Origin: Candidatus Latescibacterota bacterium
GTDB taxonomy: Bacteria; Latescibacterota; UBA2968; UBA8231
Assembly (NCBI GenBank): GCA_965215195.1
Contig: CBDCDC010000002.1
Coordinates: 4,096,001-4,160,000 of the forward strand
DNA length: 64,000 nt
Direction of reading: 5' to 3'
Positions 52,387-62,062 of the stretch are shown in pieces. A program made the translations under genes and the position numbers. The notes below the pieces were generated by a model that searched no databases, was not told where the DNA came from, and worked only from the letters and a program-made list of their open reading frames with translations. Position 1 is the first letter of the stretch, and every line of letters begins with the position of its first letter.

Positions 52387-53067
52387 GTGCTGATCGAACT
52401 GAACGGCATTAGCAAGGTGTACGTGCGCGGCACCGAAGAAGTGCATGCCCTGCGCTCGGTGGATTTGGCGATTGAGTCCAACGAATACGTCGCCCTGATG
52501 GGGCCTTCTGGATCGGGCAAATCCACCCTGATGAACATCCTCGGCTGCCTCGACTCGCCCACGGATGGGACGTATTGCTTGGCCGGCGCGGATGTGTCGC
52601 GCATGAATGCCAACGAGTTGGCCGAAGTGCGCAACAGCCGCGTTGGCTTCATCTTCCAGACCTTCAACCTGCTGCCGCGTGCGTCGGCCCTGCAAAACGT
52701 TGAGCTGCCCCTGATCTACAACGGCCAACGCCGCAAGGTGCGCCGCGCCCGGGCGATGCAGGCGCTGGAGCGGGTTGGCTTGGCCGAGCGCATGACGCAC
52801 CGCCCGGCCGAGCTGTCCGGCGGGCAATGTCAGCGGGTGGCCATTGCCCGCGCCTTAGCCAACGGGCCTTCGCTGCTGCTGGCCGACGAGCCGACCGGCA
52901 ACCTCGACTCGCAGACGGGCGAGGAAATCATGCTCCTCTTCGACGCTTTGCACGACGAGGGCAACACCGTGCTTTTGGTGACCCACGATCCGGTTATTGC
53001 CCTGCAGGCCAAGCGGCTAATCCGCATCCACGATGGCCGCATCGCTTCCGACGAGAAGCTGGCGTAG
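52387..53067 (+). CDS. ABC ATP-binding protein (LolD/MacB/YknY type)
   Basis: [30 protein letters not shown]. Confidence 0.92.
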   Translation: MLIELNGISKVYVRGTEEVHALRSVDLAIESNEYVALMGPSGSGKSTLMNILGCLDSPTDGTYCLAGADVSRMNANELAEVRNSRVGFIFQTFNLLPRASALQNVELPLIYNGQRRKVRRARAMQALERVGLAERMTHRPAELSGGQCQRVAIARALANGPSLLLADEPTGNLDSQTGEEIMLLFDALHDEGNTVLLVTHDPVIALQAKRLIRIHDGRIASDEKLA

Positions 53068-53111
53068 GGACGCCACTGCCATTTCTCATTTCTATAAAAA
53101 GGAATACCGCC

Positions 53112-53991
53112 ATGTTCGTCGTCCGCGCATTCGCATCAATCGCCTTCGCCCTCCTCCCCCTCTCTGCGCAAGCCCAGATCACCCTCTCCCCCGACGATTT
53201 ACGCCTGTCTTTGGGCATGACTTGGGAACAAGAAATCGCCACAGTCATCAGCGGCCTAGAGGACTCCGGCTTCGACATAGGCTCTGCCGGTGCCGATCAG
53301 GCTTTTGACCTCACCGGCCCTATCGCCAACAGCATACTCACCTTCGTCCGCAGTTCTGGAGCAGGCCCCGGACGCTGCTAGCTTCTCCGACGCCGATTAC
53401 GCCGTCCACAACATTATTACTGCGCCCAATGCCATTGGCGGAACGGACGAGATTGAGACATACGACTACTTCCAGCGCAGTGCGGCCGGCGATGTTCCCG
53501 TCGGTGCCGCAGGACCGGCCGGCCAAGTAGCCTTCCCGCTTGTCGATACGGGAACGCCTTGGCCGCTAGAATTCGGCAAAAGCTGGACGGTTGAAAATTT
53601 TTCCTTGGACTTGCCCCTAGCACCGGAGGTGACAACCTCCGGCCTGTACGATTTCCAGTACGCGGTTGATGCGTGGGGCGAGATTCGGCTACCGGCGGGC
53701 ACCTTCGAGTGCCTGCGCCTCCACCAGACCGGCACCGGCGTCATTACCTTCGCGGGCGACGAGCAGCTCGCGTCTTTGGGTGAAATGACCGCCGAGATAG
53801 ACGCCTATGGTTGGTATGTCCGTGGGATTGGCAGCGTCGCCGTAGTTGTAGAGACCAAGCAGACTTTCGCCAGCGGCACCATCCCGCCGACTACGACCAC
53901 CCAAATTGCCCGCCTCACCGAAATGTCCAGCCCGGCCAGCGCGATAGCGGACGAAAGTTGGGGAGCACTCAAGCAAAAGTTTGCCGAATAG
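53112..53991 (+). pseudogene. Secreted protein with C-terminal SWGxLK motif, frameshifted near 53350
   Basis: Signal peptide …SAQA-QIT lies in one frame; VDAWGEIRLPAGTFECLR…ESWGALK lies in another. Confidence 0.65.
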
Positions 53992-54034
53992 ATCGATTTA
54001 CCAGCCTCAAACGACTCTAAACCAAGGATTAGAC

Positions 54035-54454
54035 ATGAAAAAAATGCTTGCAGTTCTAACCCTCGTATCTCTTTTCGGACTCGGATGTAGAGATGATGCA
54101 CGTATAGCTTCTCGAAATCTTTCAAAAGCCGCAGACAATTTCGAGATCAATCGTCGCATCGTATTCTACAACGGGATAACCGACCAGTACATGCTGACGA
54201 TTGAAGGCCGTTGTTCCATCCGTGACGCCAACCGCCAATTAGAAGTAACCTGCAAGACCAGCGACCACGCCTACTCAAAACACTTCCTCGGCCTTAGCGA
54301 TAATGTCACCTACTTCGCCGAGCAACTCGAAACTGTTGATGTCAGCGTGTACCATCACCGCATCACCTTCAAGCCCCAAGAAATCATCCCGGATATAGAT
54401 CTCCGCGGCAGCACGGAAGAGTTGCTGGAAAACGCTTCCGAATTCAATCAGTAA
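54035..54454 (+). CDS. Small lipoprotein of a family typical of phages (ASRNLSKAADNFEINRRIVFYNGIT)
   Basis: AAGGA RBS, lipobox GLGC; motif recognised from phage hypothetical lipoproteins. Confidence 0.7.
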   Translation: MKKMLAVLTLVSLFGLGCRDDARIASRNLSKAADNFEINRRIVFYNGITDQYMLTIEGRCSIRDANRQLEVTCKTSDHAYSKHFLGLSDNVTYFAEQLETVDVSVYHHRITFKPQEIIPDIDLRGSTEELLENASEFNQ

Positions 54455-54639
54455 CCAAACCCCTAGGTTAGGGTCCCCGACACGGTTGGGCTTGCAACAA
54501 ATAGACCGCAACCCAGGCGAGAGTGCGCTCCTGGATGCGCTGTTGCCGGCGTGTTGGGTGCTTGATTTGGAGATGCGAAAACGAAGATTCGCCCCTACAA
54601 CACGCTTCTGTGCGACCGAGTACAAGCCTACGAAGCCCG

Positions 54640-54905
54640 ATCTGTCCGACAAAGCGGCAGAGGCTTCTCGGACGTTGGTTGCCGTCAACCCGGCCTATAC
54701 CTCGCAAGATTGTTCCCGATGTGGGCATCGGCTTCGCAAGGCGTTGTTTCTGCGTGAACATGATTGTCCTTGCTGTGGGTTGAACATGGACCGAGACGAA
54801 AACGCCGCTCGCAACATTTTGAGACTGGGATTGCAGTCTCAGGGGATCCCTGAGCATTTACGTTGAGCCTGCCGAAACGTGTCGAAGGGGACTCCCCAAG
54901 AAGCT
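54640..54905 (+). pseudogene. tnpB: IS200/IS605 TnpB C-terminal remnant
   Basis: KAAEA…VNPAYTSQDCSRCG…CPCCGLNMDRDENAARNIL; no N-terminus or tnpA. Confidence 0.8.
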
Positions 54906-54931
54906 GACTGATGTATCGGTCAGAGCAATCA

Positions 54932-55330
54932 CTATTGCCACTTTGTTTGCACGTGTGGATAGGCGCGCAGCCGTTGGTCGGTGCTGATCAGCACCAGACT
55001 GTGCATCCGCGCTGTGGCGACGATCATTTGGTCGGCTGGGTCTTTGTGGAAGGGACTAGGCAAATGCGCCGATTCGAGGGCTATATCCACCGAAAGGGGC
55101 AGAAGCTCTATAAACGGGGCTTGGGTGGCGCGCTCAACCCACTGGCGCACAGGTATAGATAAATGCAAAAGCCCCTTAGACTCTTTTTTTGCCACTTCCC
55201 AAGGACTGATCGCCGCTAGCCCAAAGGGCAGGTGATCCGGCTCCAGCAGCAGCACTCTTATCGGGTCGGGCAGTTTTTCCGGTGCCTCCAAGGCCCAGAG
55301 CCACGCATGGGTGTCGAGCAAGTATTTCAC
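54932..55330 (-). CDS. vapC: VapC PIN-domain toxin
   Basis: YLLDTH, ISPWEV, HKDPADQMIVATA. Confidence 0.9.
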   Translation of the reverse strand: MKYLLDTHAWLWALEAPEKLPDPIRVLLLEPDHLPFGLAAISPWEVAKKESKGLLHLSIPVRQWVERATQAPFIELLPLSVDIALESAHLPSPFHKDPADQMIVATARMHSLVLISTDQRLRAYPHVQTKWQ

Positions 55331-55566
55331 TGGCACGCTTCCCAATCATCCTCGCCGAGAGGCTCATCCCAACCGGGCTGGTACGCGACCGTACCGCGGA
55401 GCGAGCCGAAGAAGGATTCGGGATCGGGTTTGGCCTCCGGCTCAGGGGGGACGAGGCGCGCCACGACCTTGCCGCGGTTGGTCAGCTCCACGGTTTTGTA
55501 TTTGGTGCCGACTTCGCGCACGACTTGGGTGCATTTGGCTTTGAAATCGCTGATGGATATCTGCAT
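55327..55566 (-). CDS. Phd/YefM family antitoxin
   Basis: ISISDFKAKC…TNRGKVVARLVP; overlaps the vapC start. Confidence 0.88.
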   Translation of the reverse strand: MQISISDFKAKCTQVVREVGTKYKTVELTNRGKVVARLVPPEPEAKPDPESFFGSLRGTVAYQPGWDEPLGEDDWEACQ

Positions 55567-55583
55567 GGTCTCAACTCGCGACT

Positions 55584-55608
55584 ATATGGTCATTTTATAT
55601 GACCATAT
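55584..55608. promoter_or_regulatory. Palindromic TA operator
   Basis: ATATGGTCAT-N5-ATGACCATAT just upstream of the antitoxin. Confidence 0.7.
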
Positions 55609-55671
55609 TAAACGTTGTGCTTCTTTTTGTCAATGAGGCCGTATTTAGCCAGAAGAATGGGTTCCGCCCCG

Positions 55672-56952
55672 CTACACATTCGCCGGCCGCGGCCCGCCCG
55701 TCGCCCAATCTAGCAGCTCGACCGTGTGGACGACCGGCACCTCGGCGCGGGCGGCGATTTGCTCCATGCAGCCGATATTGCCCGCCGCCACAATCTGCGG
55801 CGCAACGCGGGCAATGTGCTCAGCTTTGTGCGCTTGCAGCTTTTGCGCCAAGTGGGGCCGCAGCATGTTGTAAGTACCCGCGCTGCCACAGCATATATGG
55901 CCCTCGGGCACCTCGACGACCTCAAAGCCCGCCGCCCGCAGCAGTTGTCGCGGCGGCTCGGTGACGTGCAGGCCGTGTTGGAGCGAACAGGCATCGTGAT
56001 ACGCCACCTTCAGGGCCGGCGCGTGATTGGCCGCGCCCAACCCCAACTGCGCCACCACCTCGGAAACGTCCCGCACCCGCTCCACCACGGCTTTGGCCTT
56101 GTCGGCCCACTGGGGATCGCGGCGAAAGATGTGATCGTATTCTTTGATGGCCGTGCCACACCCCGAGGTGTTGAGCACAATCGCGTCCAAGCCCGCTTTT
56201 AGCTCGCGATGCCAAACCGCAATGGCGCACTGCATCAGCTTGAGGCTGCGCCGACGCTCGCCCATGTGGAAAGTCAGCGCGCCGCAACAGCCCAGATCCG
56301 GCGGAATGACCACCTCGGCCCCCAACCGAGTCAGCAGCCGCACGGTCGCGTCGTTGATCTGCGGCCCCAATACCTGTTGGACGCATCCGGTGAGCAGGGC
56401 CACGCGCAACCGACGTGTGCCCTCGGCTGGCACGACTCCGGGCCGGGCCACAGCGGCTGGCGGCGGCAACCGCTTGGGGGCCATGGCCAACAGGGGCCGC
56501 ATGGCGCGGGGCATCAGGCCGGAGAACGCGCGGCCCAACCCAGACATTTTGAGCGCCAAGCGCGTGCGGCCGGGATAGGGCAGCAGTCGCGTCAGCAGGG
56601 CGCGCAGCAAGCGGTCGGCCAAGGGCCGCTTGACGAGCTGGTCCAGCCGCGGCCGGGCCGTCTCCAAGAGGCGCGAATAATCCACGCCGCTCGGGCAGGT
56701 GGTCTCGCACGCGAGGCAGCCGAGGCAGTTGTCGATGTGTTCGAGCGTCTGCTGGCTCGGGGGGATGCTTTCTTCGAGGATGCTTTTGATGAGGTAAATG
56801 CGGCCGCGCGGGCCTTCGAGTTCGTTGCCGGTGAGCAGGTAGGTGGGGCAGGTGGCATTGCAAAAGCCGCAGTGGACGCAGGCGCGCAAGACCTTTTCGG
56901 ACGCTTCAACCTCCGGGTCTTGCAGCAGATGGGGGGGAATGTTCGTGCGCAT
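55672..56952 (-). CDS. glcF: Glycolate oxidase iron-sulfur subunit
   Basis: CVHCGFCNATCPTY, CLGCLACETTCPSG, CCG motifs, CCGSAGTYN. Confidence 0.92.
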   Translation of the reverse strand: MRTNIPPHLLQDPEVEASEKVLRACVHCGFCNATCPTYLLTGNELEGPRGRIYLIKSILEESIPPSQQTLEHIDNCLGCLACETTCPSGVDYSRLLETARPRLDQLVKRPLADRLLRALLTRLLPYPGRTRLALKMSGLGRAFSGLMPRAMRPLLAMAPKRLPPPAAVARPGVVPAEGTRRLRVALLTGCVQQVLGPQINDATVRLLTRLGAEVVIPPDLGCCGALTFHMGERRRSLKLMQCAIAVWHRELKAGLDAIVLNTSGCGTAIKEYDHIFRRDPQWADKAKAVVERVRDVSEVVAQLGLGAANHAPALKVAYHDACSLQHGLHVTEPPRQLLRAAGFEVVEVPEGHICCGSAGTYNMLRPHLAQKLQAHKAEHIARVAPQIVAAGNIGCMEQIAARAEVPVVHTVELLDWATGGPRPANV

Positions 56953-56953
56953 G

Positions 56954-57424
56954 TCAGCTCAGTTCGCCCCGCAGCCAGCGCACTAGGGCCTTGTCGGGTG
57001 CGCCAATCTCGGCGAGCGACGTGTAGTAGTAGGCTTCCCAGCCGTCTTTTGGCAGGCCGGTAAACAGCATCAGGTTCAGGGGGTAGTTCTCGGAATCCGT
57101 GCAGCGGCGGAAGTCGTCGCGGAAGAGAAAGGTCGGCTTGCCGAGGGCAATGGCCGCCCCCAACTCAACCATCACCCCCTCGTCCGGGGGCGTCCCATTG
57201 ACAATGGCGAAGATCGCGTCGGCCTCGACCACGTCGCGCAGATCGGCTTGGCCGACTGTGTACGCCCAGCCCGGCGCGGAAAAATCGACTTGGTTGTTGC
57301 GGGCAAAAGGCTCCCAGACTTCAGCCCCTAGGGCCTCTAAGGCGGCCACGAACTGCGGCAGGAGCTGCTCCTTCCAGTGGGGCGAGAATCCATAGGGGCT
57401 GGCGAGATAGAGGGTCTTTTTCAT
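56954..57424 (-). CDS. Nucleoside 2-deoxyribosyltransferase family protein
   Basis: YLASP, D…ADAI, DEGVMVELG, NLM. Confidence 0.85.
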   Translation of the reverse strand: MKKTLYLASPYGFSPHWKEQLLPQFVAALEALGAEVWEPFARNNQVDFSAPGWAYTVGQADLRDVVEADAIFAIVNGTPPDEGVMVELGAAIALGKPTFLFRDDFRRCTDSENYPLNLMLFTGLPKDGWEAYYYTSLAEIGAPDKALVRWLRGELS

Positions 57425-57502
57425 TATGCGCTCCGGTGGTGGCCTTATATTCTACATATCGGCCGTGCAAAGCAAATGCCCATTAGCGAAACGAGCGTCG
57501 CC

Positions 57503-58537
57503 ATGGCAAAGCCATCCCCCACCCTCCGCGAAAACACCCCACTCGCCCCCCTCACCACCATGGGCCTCGGCGGGCCGGCGCGCTACTTGGCCGAGTGCGC
57601 CTCCCTAGCCGAGATGCGCGCCTGCTTGAGGTGGGCGGCGGCCGAGGGCCGGCCCGTGCAAGTGCTCGGCGGCGGCAGCAACGTGCTCTTTGCCGACGCC
57701 GGCTACAGCGGCTTGGTGCTCAAAGTGGGACTGCGCGGCGTGGCGTTCACTGGCGCGACCGTCGAGGTCGCGGCCGGCGAGGATTGGGATGGCTTTGTGC
57801 AGTGCTGCGTGGAGCGCGGCTTGGCCGGCGTGGAGTGCCTTTCGGGCATCCCCGGGTCCGTGGGCGCGACGCCCATCCAAAACGTAGGCGCGTATGGCCA
57901 AGAAGTAAAAGACACCATCGCAAAAGTGCGCGCGCTCGACCGGCAGACCTTGGAAGAAATTGCGTTTGCCCCGGCCGAATGCGGCTTTGCCTACCGCCAG
58001 AGCCGCTTTAAGGGGGCCGACCGCGACCGCTTTATTGTGACCTCGGTGACGTATCGCTTGGATGCCAGCGGCCAGCCGCAAATCCGCTACCCGGAGCTGC
58101 GCCGGCACGTGCCCGACGCCCGCCCGACCTTGGCTACCGTGCGCGATGCTGTGCTCGCGCTCCGCCGCCGCAAGTCCATGGTCATCGACCCGCAAGACCC
58201 CAACTCCCGCTCGGTCGGCTCCTTCTTCTTAAATCCAGTCATCGACGCCGCAGCTTTTGCCGCATTAAAGGACCGCTATCCCAGCGTCCCGCACTTTCCC
58301 GATTCGGCTGGCGTCAAGGTGCCGGCCGCTTGGCTCGTGGAGCAAGCGGGCTTTCACAAGGGCCTGCAAAGGGGTGCCGTCGGCATCTCAGAGCGACACG
58401 CGCTGGCCCTAGTCAATCGCGGCGGCACGACCCGCGAAGTCCTCGCCTTGGCCGGTGAGATTCGCGACGCGGTAGAGCACACCTTTGGCATTCGGCTGGA
58501 GCGGGAGCCGGTGTTGGTGGAGAAGGGCGGAGGATGA
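57503..58537 (+). CDS. murB: UDP-N-acetylmuramate dehydrogenase
   Basis: GGGSNVL, IPGSVGATPIQNVGAYG, YRQS, GSFFLNP, HALALVN. Confidence 0.93.
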   Translation: MAKPSPTLRENTPLAPLTTMGLGGPARYLAECASLAEMRACLRWAAAEGRPVQVLGGGSNVLFADAGYSGLVLKVGLRGVAFTGATVEVAAGEDWDGFVQCCVERGLAGVECLSGIPGSVGATPIQNVGAYGQEVKDTIAKVRALDRQTLEEIAFAPAECGFAYRQSRFKGADRDRFIVTSVTYRLDASGQPQIRYPELRRHVPDARPTLATVRDAVLALRRRKSMVIDPQDPNSRSVGSFFLNPVIDAAAFAALKDRYPSVPHFPDSAGVKVPAAWLVEQAGFHKGLQRGAVGISERHALALVNRGGTTREVLALAGEIRDAVEHTFGIRLEREPVLVEKGGG

Positions 58538-61029
58538 ACGAAGCGACCACTCGGCGTAAAATCGACCAGTTGCTCGAAAACGCTGGTTGGCGATTTTTCG
58601 ACGACGGCAATGGAGCGGCCAATATCCGCTTGGAGGCGCACGTCGCCCTCCAGCGCGACGATTTTCGCGGGTTCGTCGATTTCCTGCTCCTCGACGACCG
58701 GGGCTTTCCCTTGATCGTGTTGGAAGCCAAGTCCGAGGACAAAGACCCGCTAGTCGGCAAGGAGCAAGCCCGCCGCTACGCCCGCTCCCTGAACTGCCGA
58801 TTCGTCATCCTCTCCAACGGCAATCTGCACTACTTCTGGGACCTAGAGCGCGGCCATCCGCACCTCATCACCGCCTTTCCAACGCCGGACTCGGTAGAGG
58901 GATACAAACAGGTCGCGCCCAATCCACAGCGCCTGATCGATGAACGGGTCGGCGACAACTACATCGTCCTCACGCAGCGACCCAACTATGCGACCGAGGC
59001 CGGGTGGCGCAACGAGGCCGAGCGCCCCGGCTACATTCAGACGCACGGCCTGCGCTTTTTGCGCGACTATCAGGTACGAGCGATCCACCGTTTGCAGCGG
59101 GCAGTCCGAGACGGCCGCGACCGATTCCTGTTCGAGATGGCCACCGGCACTGGCAAGACGCTGGTGGCCGCCGCCGTTATCAAGCTGTTTCTCCGCACTG
59201 GCAACGCCCGCCGCGTCCTCTTCTTGGTAGATCGGCTGGAGTTGGAAGACCAAGCGGCGAACAAGTCCTTCGTCCCGTACTTGGCCAATGACTTCGACAT
59301 GGTCATCTACAAGGAGAAACGCGACGACTGGCGGCGGGCGCACATTGTGGTCACTACCGTTCAGTCGCTGCTGTTCAACAACAAGTACCAGTCGCTGTTT
59401 TCGCCGACGGACTTCGACTTGGTGATTTCGGACGAGGCGCACCGCTCCATCAGCGGCAATGCCCGCGCCGTATTCGATTACTTCGTCGGGTACAAGCTGG
59501 GGCTGACTGCCACGCCCCGCGACTACCTCAGAGGCACCCATGCGACCGGCCCGAATGTGCGCGATCCGCGCGCGGTGGAGCGCCGGTTGTTGCTCGACAC
59601 CTACCGCACCTTTGGCTGCGAGAGCGGTGAGCCGACGTTCCGCTACTCCCTGCTCGACGGGGTGCGCGATGGGCATTTGATCAATCCATGGGTCGTTGAC
59701 GCCCGAACCAAGGTGACCACCCAACTGCTCGCCGACGAGGGCTTTGTGGTGTCTTTCACCGATGGCGAAGGAGAGCAGCAGGAGGAGGCATTCAAAAAGC
59801 GCGATTTCGAGCGGGAGTTTTTCTCGGAAGCCACCAACGCGCTCTTCTGCCGCACCTTCTTGGAGAATGCGCTCCGCGATCCGATCAGCGGGGAGATTGG
59901 GAAATCCATCGCGTTCGCAGTGAGCCAAACCCACGCGGCCAAGCTAACGCAGCTATTCAACGAGATAGCCGACCGCATGTTTCCGGGCCGCTATCAGTCG
60001 GACTTTGCGGTGCAAGTTACGTCGCACGTTTCGGACGCCCAGCAATTCGCGGTCAACTTTGCCAACAACAACCTCTTGGGCTCCGGCAACTTCATGCGCG
60101 AGTACCGGACGAGCAAGGCGCGGGTATGCGTAACTGTCGGCATGATGACCACCGGCTACGACTGCACTGACATTCTCAACTTGGGCCTGTTCAGGCCGAT
60201 ATTCTCGCCGACGGACTTCGTCCAGATCAAAGGGCGCGGTACGCGGAAACACAACTTCCTCGACCAGATGATAGGGCACCGCGCCACCGGCGACGCCGAG
60301 CCGGAGAAGACGACCTTCAAGCTGTTCGACTTTTTTGGCAACTGCCAATACTTCGAAAACGAGTTCAACTACGACGAGGTGTTGGAACTGCCTCGACGGG
60401 GAGATAAAGGCGGCCAGGACGATCCTAGGCCGGTTGTATATGCCGGCACGTACGAGCACTTGGGAAGCGACTTCCTCTCGACGATCGAGCAACAGCAGAT
60501 CGGGTCCGAGGGGATGAGAATTGACCGGATGTTCTTCGACCGCTTTGCCGATGAGGTGCGCGAAAACGACTTTATTGCCCAAGCCATTGAGGCGGGCCAA
60601 TGGGATCGCGCCATTGACTATGTGAATCGGGAAGTCTTCGACAAGCCCGAGGAGTACTACACCCTTGCCAAGCTGCGCCAAGCCGCTGCGGTGGATCGCC
60701 GCTTGACCTTGCGCGAGATACTGGAGAAGGTTTTTGACCTCATCCCGCGTTTTAAGTCGAGGGACGAGCTGCTCGAAGAGGAGTTCGCCAAATTCGTCGC
60801 CGATCACAAGCCCGACGAGGCCGAGTCCATCGCGGCGATCAGGGCGTACTTTAAGGCGTACCTGACCAGTGGCCGGACCCGAGACATCATTGAGAATCGG
60901 CACTTCACCGAGTTGGCGACCAATCCGGCCTTTTCCTCCCGCGACTTTCGCGCGGTGCCGGAGCCATATCGCAGGCTCGTTCCCGAGTACGTCAAGGATT
61001 ACGTGTCCCTGAACCAGTTCGCCGCTTAG
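58534..61029 (+). CDS. hsdR: Type I restriction enzyme R subunit (EcoEI-like)
   Basis: DFLL…LEAK nuclease motif; MATGTGKT, DEAHRS, LTATP, MMTTGYD, QIKGRGTR. Confidence 0.88.
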   Translation: MNEATTRRKIDQLLENAGWRFFDDGNGAANIRLEAHVALQRDDFRGFVDFLLLDDRGFPLIVLEAKSEDKDPLVGKEQARRYARSLNCRFVILSNGNLHYFWDLERGHPHLITAFPTPDSVEGYKQVAPNPQRLIDERVGDNYIVLTQRPNYATEAGWRNEAERPGYIQTHGLRFLRDYQVRAIHRLQRAVRDGRDRFLFEMATGTGKTLVAAAVIKLFLRTGNARRVLFLVDRLELEDQAANKSFVPYLANDFDMVIYKEKRDDWRRAHIVVTTVQSLLFNNKYQSLFSPTDFDLVISDEAHRSISGNARAVFDYFVGYKLGLTATPRDYLRGTHATGPNVRDPRAVERRLLLDTYRTFGCESGEPTFRYSLLDGVRDGHLINPWVVDARTKVTTQLLADEGFVVSFTDGEGEQQEEAFKKRDFEREFFSEATNALFCRTFLENALRDPISGEIGKSIAFAVSQTHAAKLTQLFNEIADRMFPGRYQSDFAVQVTSHVSDAQQFAVNFANNNLLGSGNFMREYRTSKARVCVTVGMMTTGYDCTDILNLGLFRPIFSPTDFVQIKGRGTRKHNFLDQMIGHRATGDAEPEKTTFKLFDFFGNCQYFENEFNYDEVLELPRRGDKGGQDDPRPVVYAGTYEHLGSDFLSTIEQQQIGSEGMRIDRMFFDRFADEVRENDFIAQAIEAGQWDRAIDYVNREVFDKPEEYYTLAKLRQAAAVDRRLTLREILEKVFDLIPRFKSRDELLEEEFAKFVADHKPDEAESIAAIRAYFKAYLTSGRTRDIIENRHFTELATNPAFSSRDFRAVPEPYRRLVPEYVKDYVSLNQFAA

Positions 61030-61031
61030 GA
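60958..61031 (+). repeat. 74-bp direct repeat, copy 1 (hsdR 3' end)
   Basis: Identical to 62428-62501 at 71 of 74 positions. Confidence 0.92.
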
Positions 61032-61094
61032 AAATCCTTGGCTGGCAATCAACCCGGCCTTCTCATCCTCGATTAACGTATTTATCCGAAAAAA

Positions 61095-61170
61095 CCGTGA
61101 ATGGAACCCATTTTTAGCGGTTCATTCACGGATATTTGACAATATAGAGTGAATACGATACCATAACGAC
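61095..61170 (+). promoter_or_regulatory. fic promoter (probably leaderless) with upstream inverted repeat
   Basis: TTGACA 61136-61141, 17 bp, TACCAT 61159-61164, ATG at 61171; CCGTGAATG…CATTCACGG inverted repeat. Confidence 0.65.
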
Positions 61171-62061
61171 ATGGCGACTACCCAGCCGATAAGAAACCGC
61201 ATCCAAGTCCTGAAACGGGCGTACGATACCCTGCGCCAAGGCAAGGAATCGCTGCTGTCGATGATCGACGAAGTGGAGATAGCCGAGAGCGTGTACAACT
61301 CGAACGCGATTGAGAATTCAACCCTTACTCTTGAGGAGACAGAGCGAATCCTGTTGGATCAGATGTTGTCCCGAAATGTGTCTGTGCGGGAAGTATTTGA
61401 GGCGAAAAATCTAGCCCGCGTCACGGAATACAAACGCGCCAAAGCTAAAGGTAGCGAGCTGAACAAAGACCTGATGCTGCTCTTGCATCAGATGCTCATC
61501 GGCGGCATTAATGATGCCATTGCCGGCCGCTTTCGCCAGCAGGGGGAATACGTGCGGGTGGGCACTCATATCGCGCCGGCACCCGAGCATGTCGAGCGCA
61601 TGATAGATGACATTCTCGTCGAGTATTCCAGCGATCTCGGCACCTATTTTCTCGATAAAATTGCCCGATTTCACTTGGATTTTGAGACCACTCATCCCTT
61701 TTGCGACGGCAATGGCCGCTTGGGGCGAGTTCTCATCAATTTTCAACTCCTCCAGCTCGGACTGCCGCGCCTCATTATCCGCAACTCGGAAAAGGAGCGG
61801 TACTATCAGGCGTTCAGGGACTATGGGGACCGCCAAACGACTAGGACGATGGAAGATATTCTGGCGTTGGGGCTCGTGGAGTCGCTGCACAAGAGGTTGA
61901 GCTATTTACAGGGGGAGGCCATTATCCGGCTATCGGATTATATCAAGCAATATGGGCTCTCAGCCCCTGCGGTCACTAACGCCGCCCGTCGCCAGACCAT
62001 TCCCGCTTTTCGCGAGAAAGGGGTGTGGAAGATCGGGGCGGAATCCGTTTATCGGACCTAA
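61171..62061 (+). CDS. Fic family protein with N-terminal inhibitory motif and C-terminal HTH
   Basis: HPFCDGNGRLGR; SNAIEN; C-terminal …AVTNAARRQTIPAFREKGVWKI. Confidence 0.9.
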   Translation: MATTQPIRNRIQVLKRAYDTLRQGKESLLSMIDEVEIAESVYNSNAIENSTLTLEETERILLDQMLSRNVSVREVFEAKNLARVTEYKRAKAKGSELNKDLMLLLHQMLIGGINDAIAGRFRQQGEYVRVGTHIAPAPEHVERMIDDILVEYSSDLGTYFLDKIARFHLDFETTHPFCDGNGRLGRVLINFQLLQLGLPRLIIRNSEKERYYQAFRDYGDRQTTRTMEDILALGLVESLHKRLSYLQGEAIIRLSDYIKQYGLSAPAVTNAARRQTIPAFREKGVWKIGAESVYRT

Positions 62062-62062
62062 A

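Noticed and set aside
54848-54889. Hammerhead ribozyme (CTGAG…GAAA-like words)
   Set aside because: It lacks the CUGANGA core and the three-stem arrangement.
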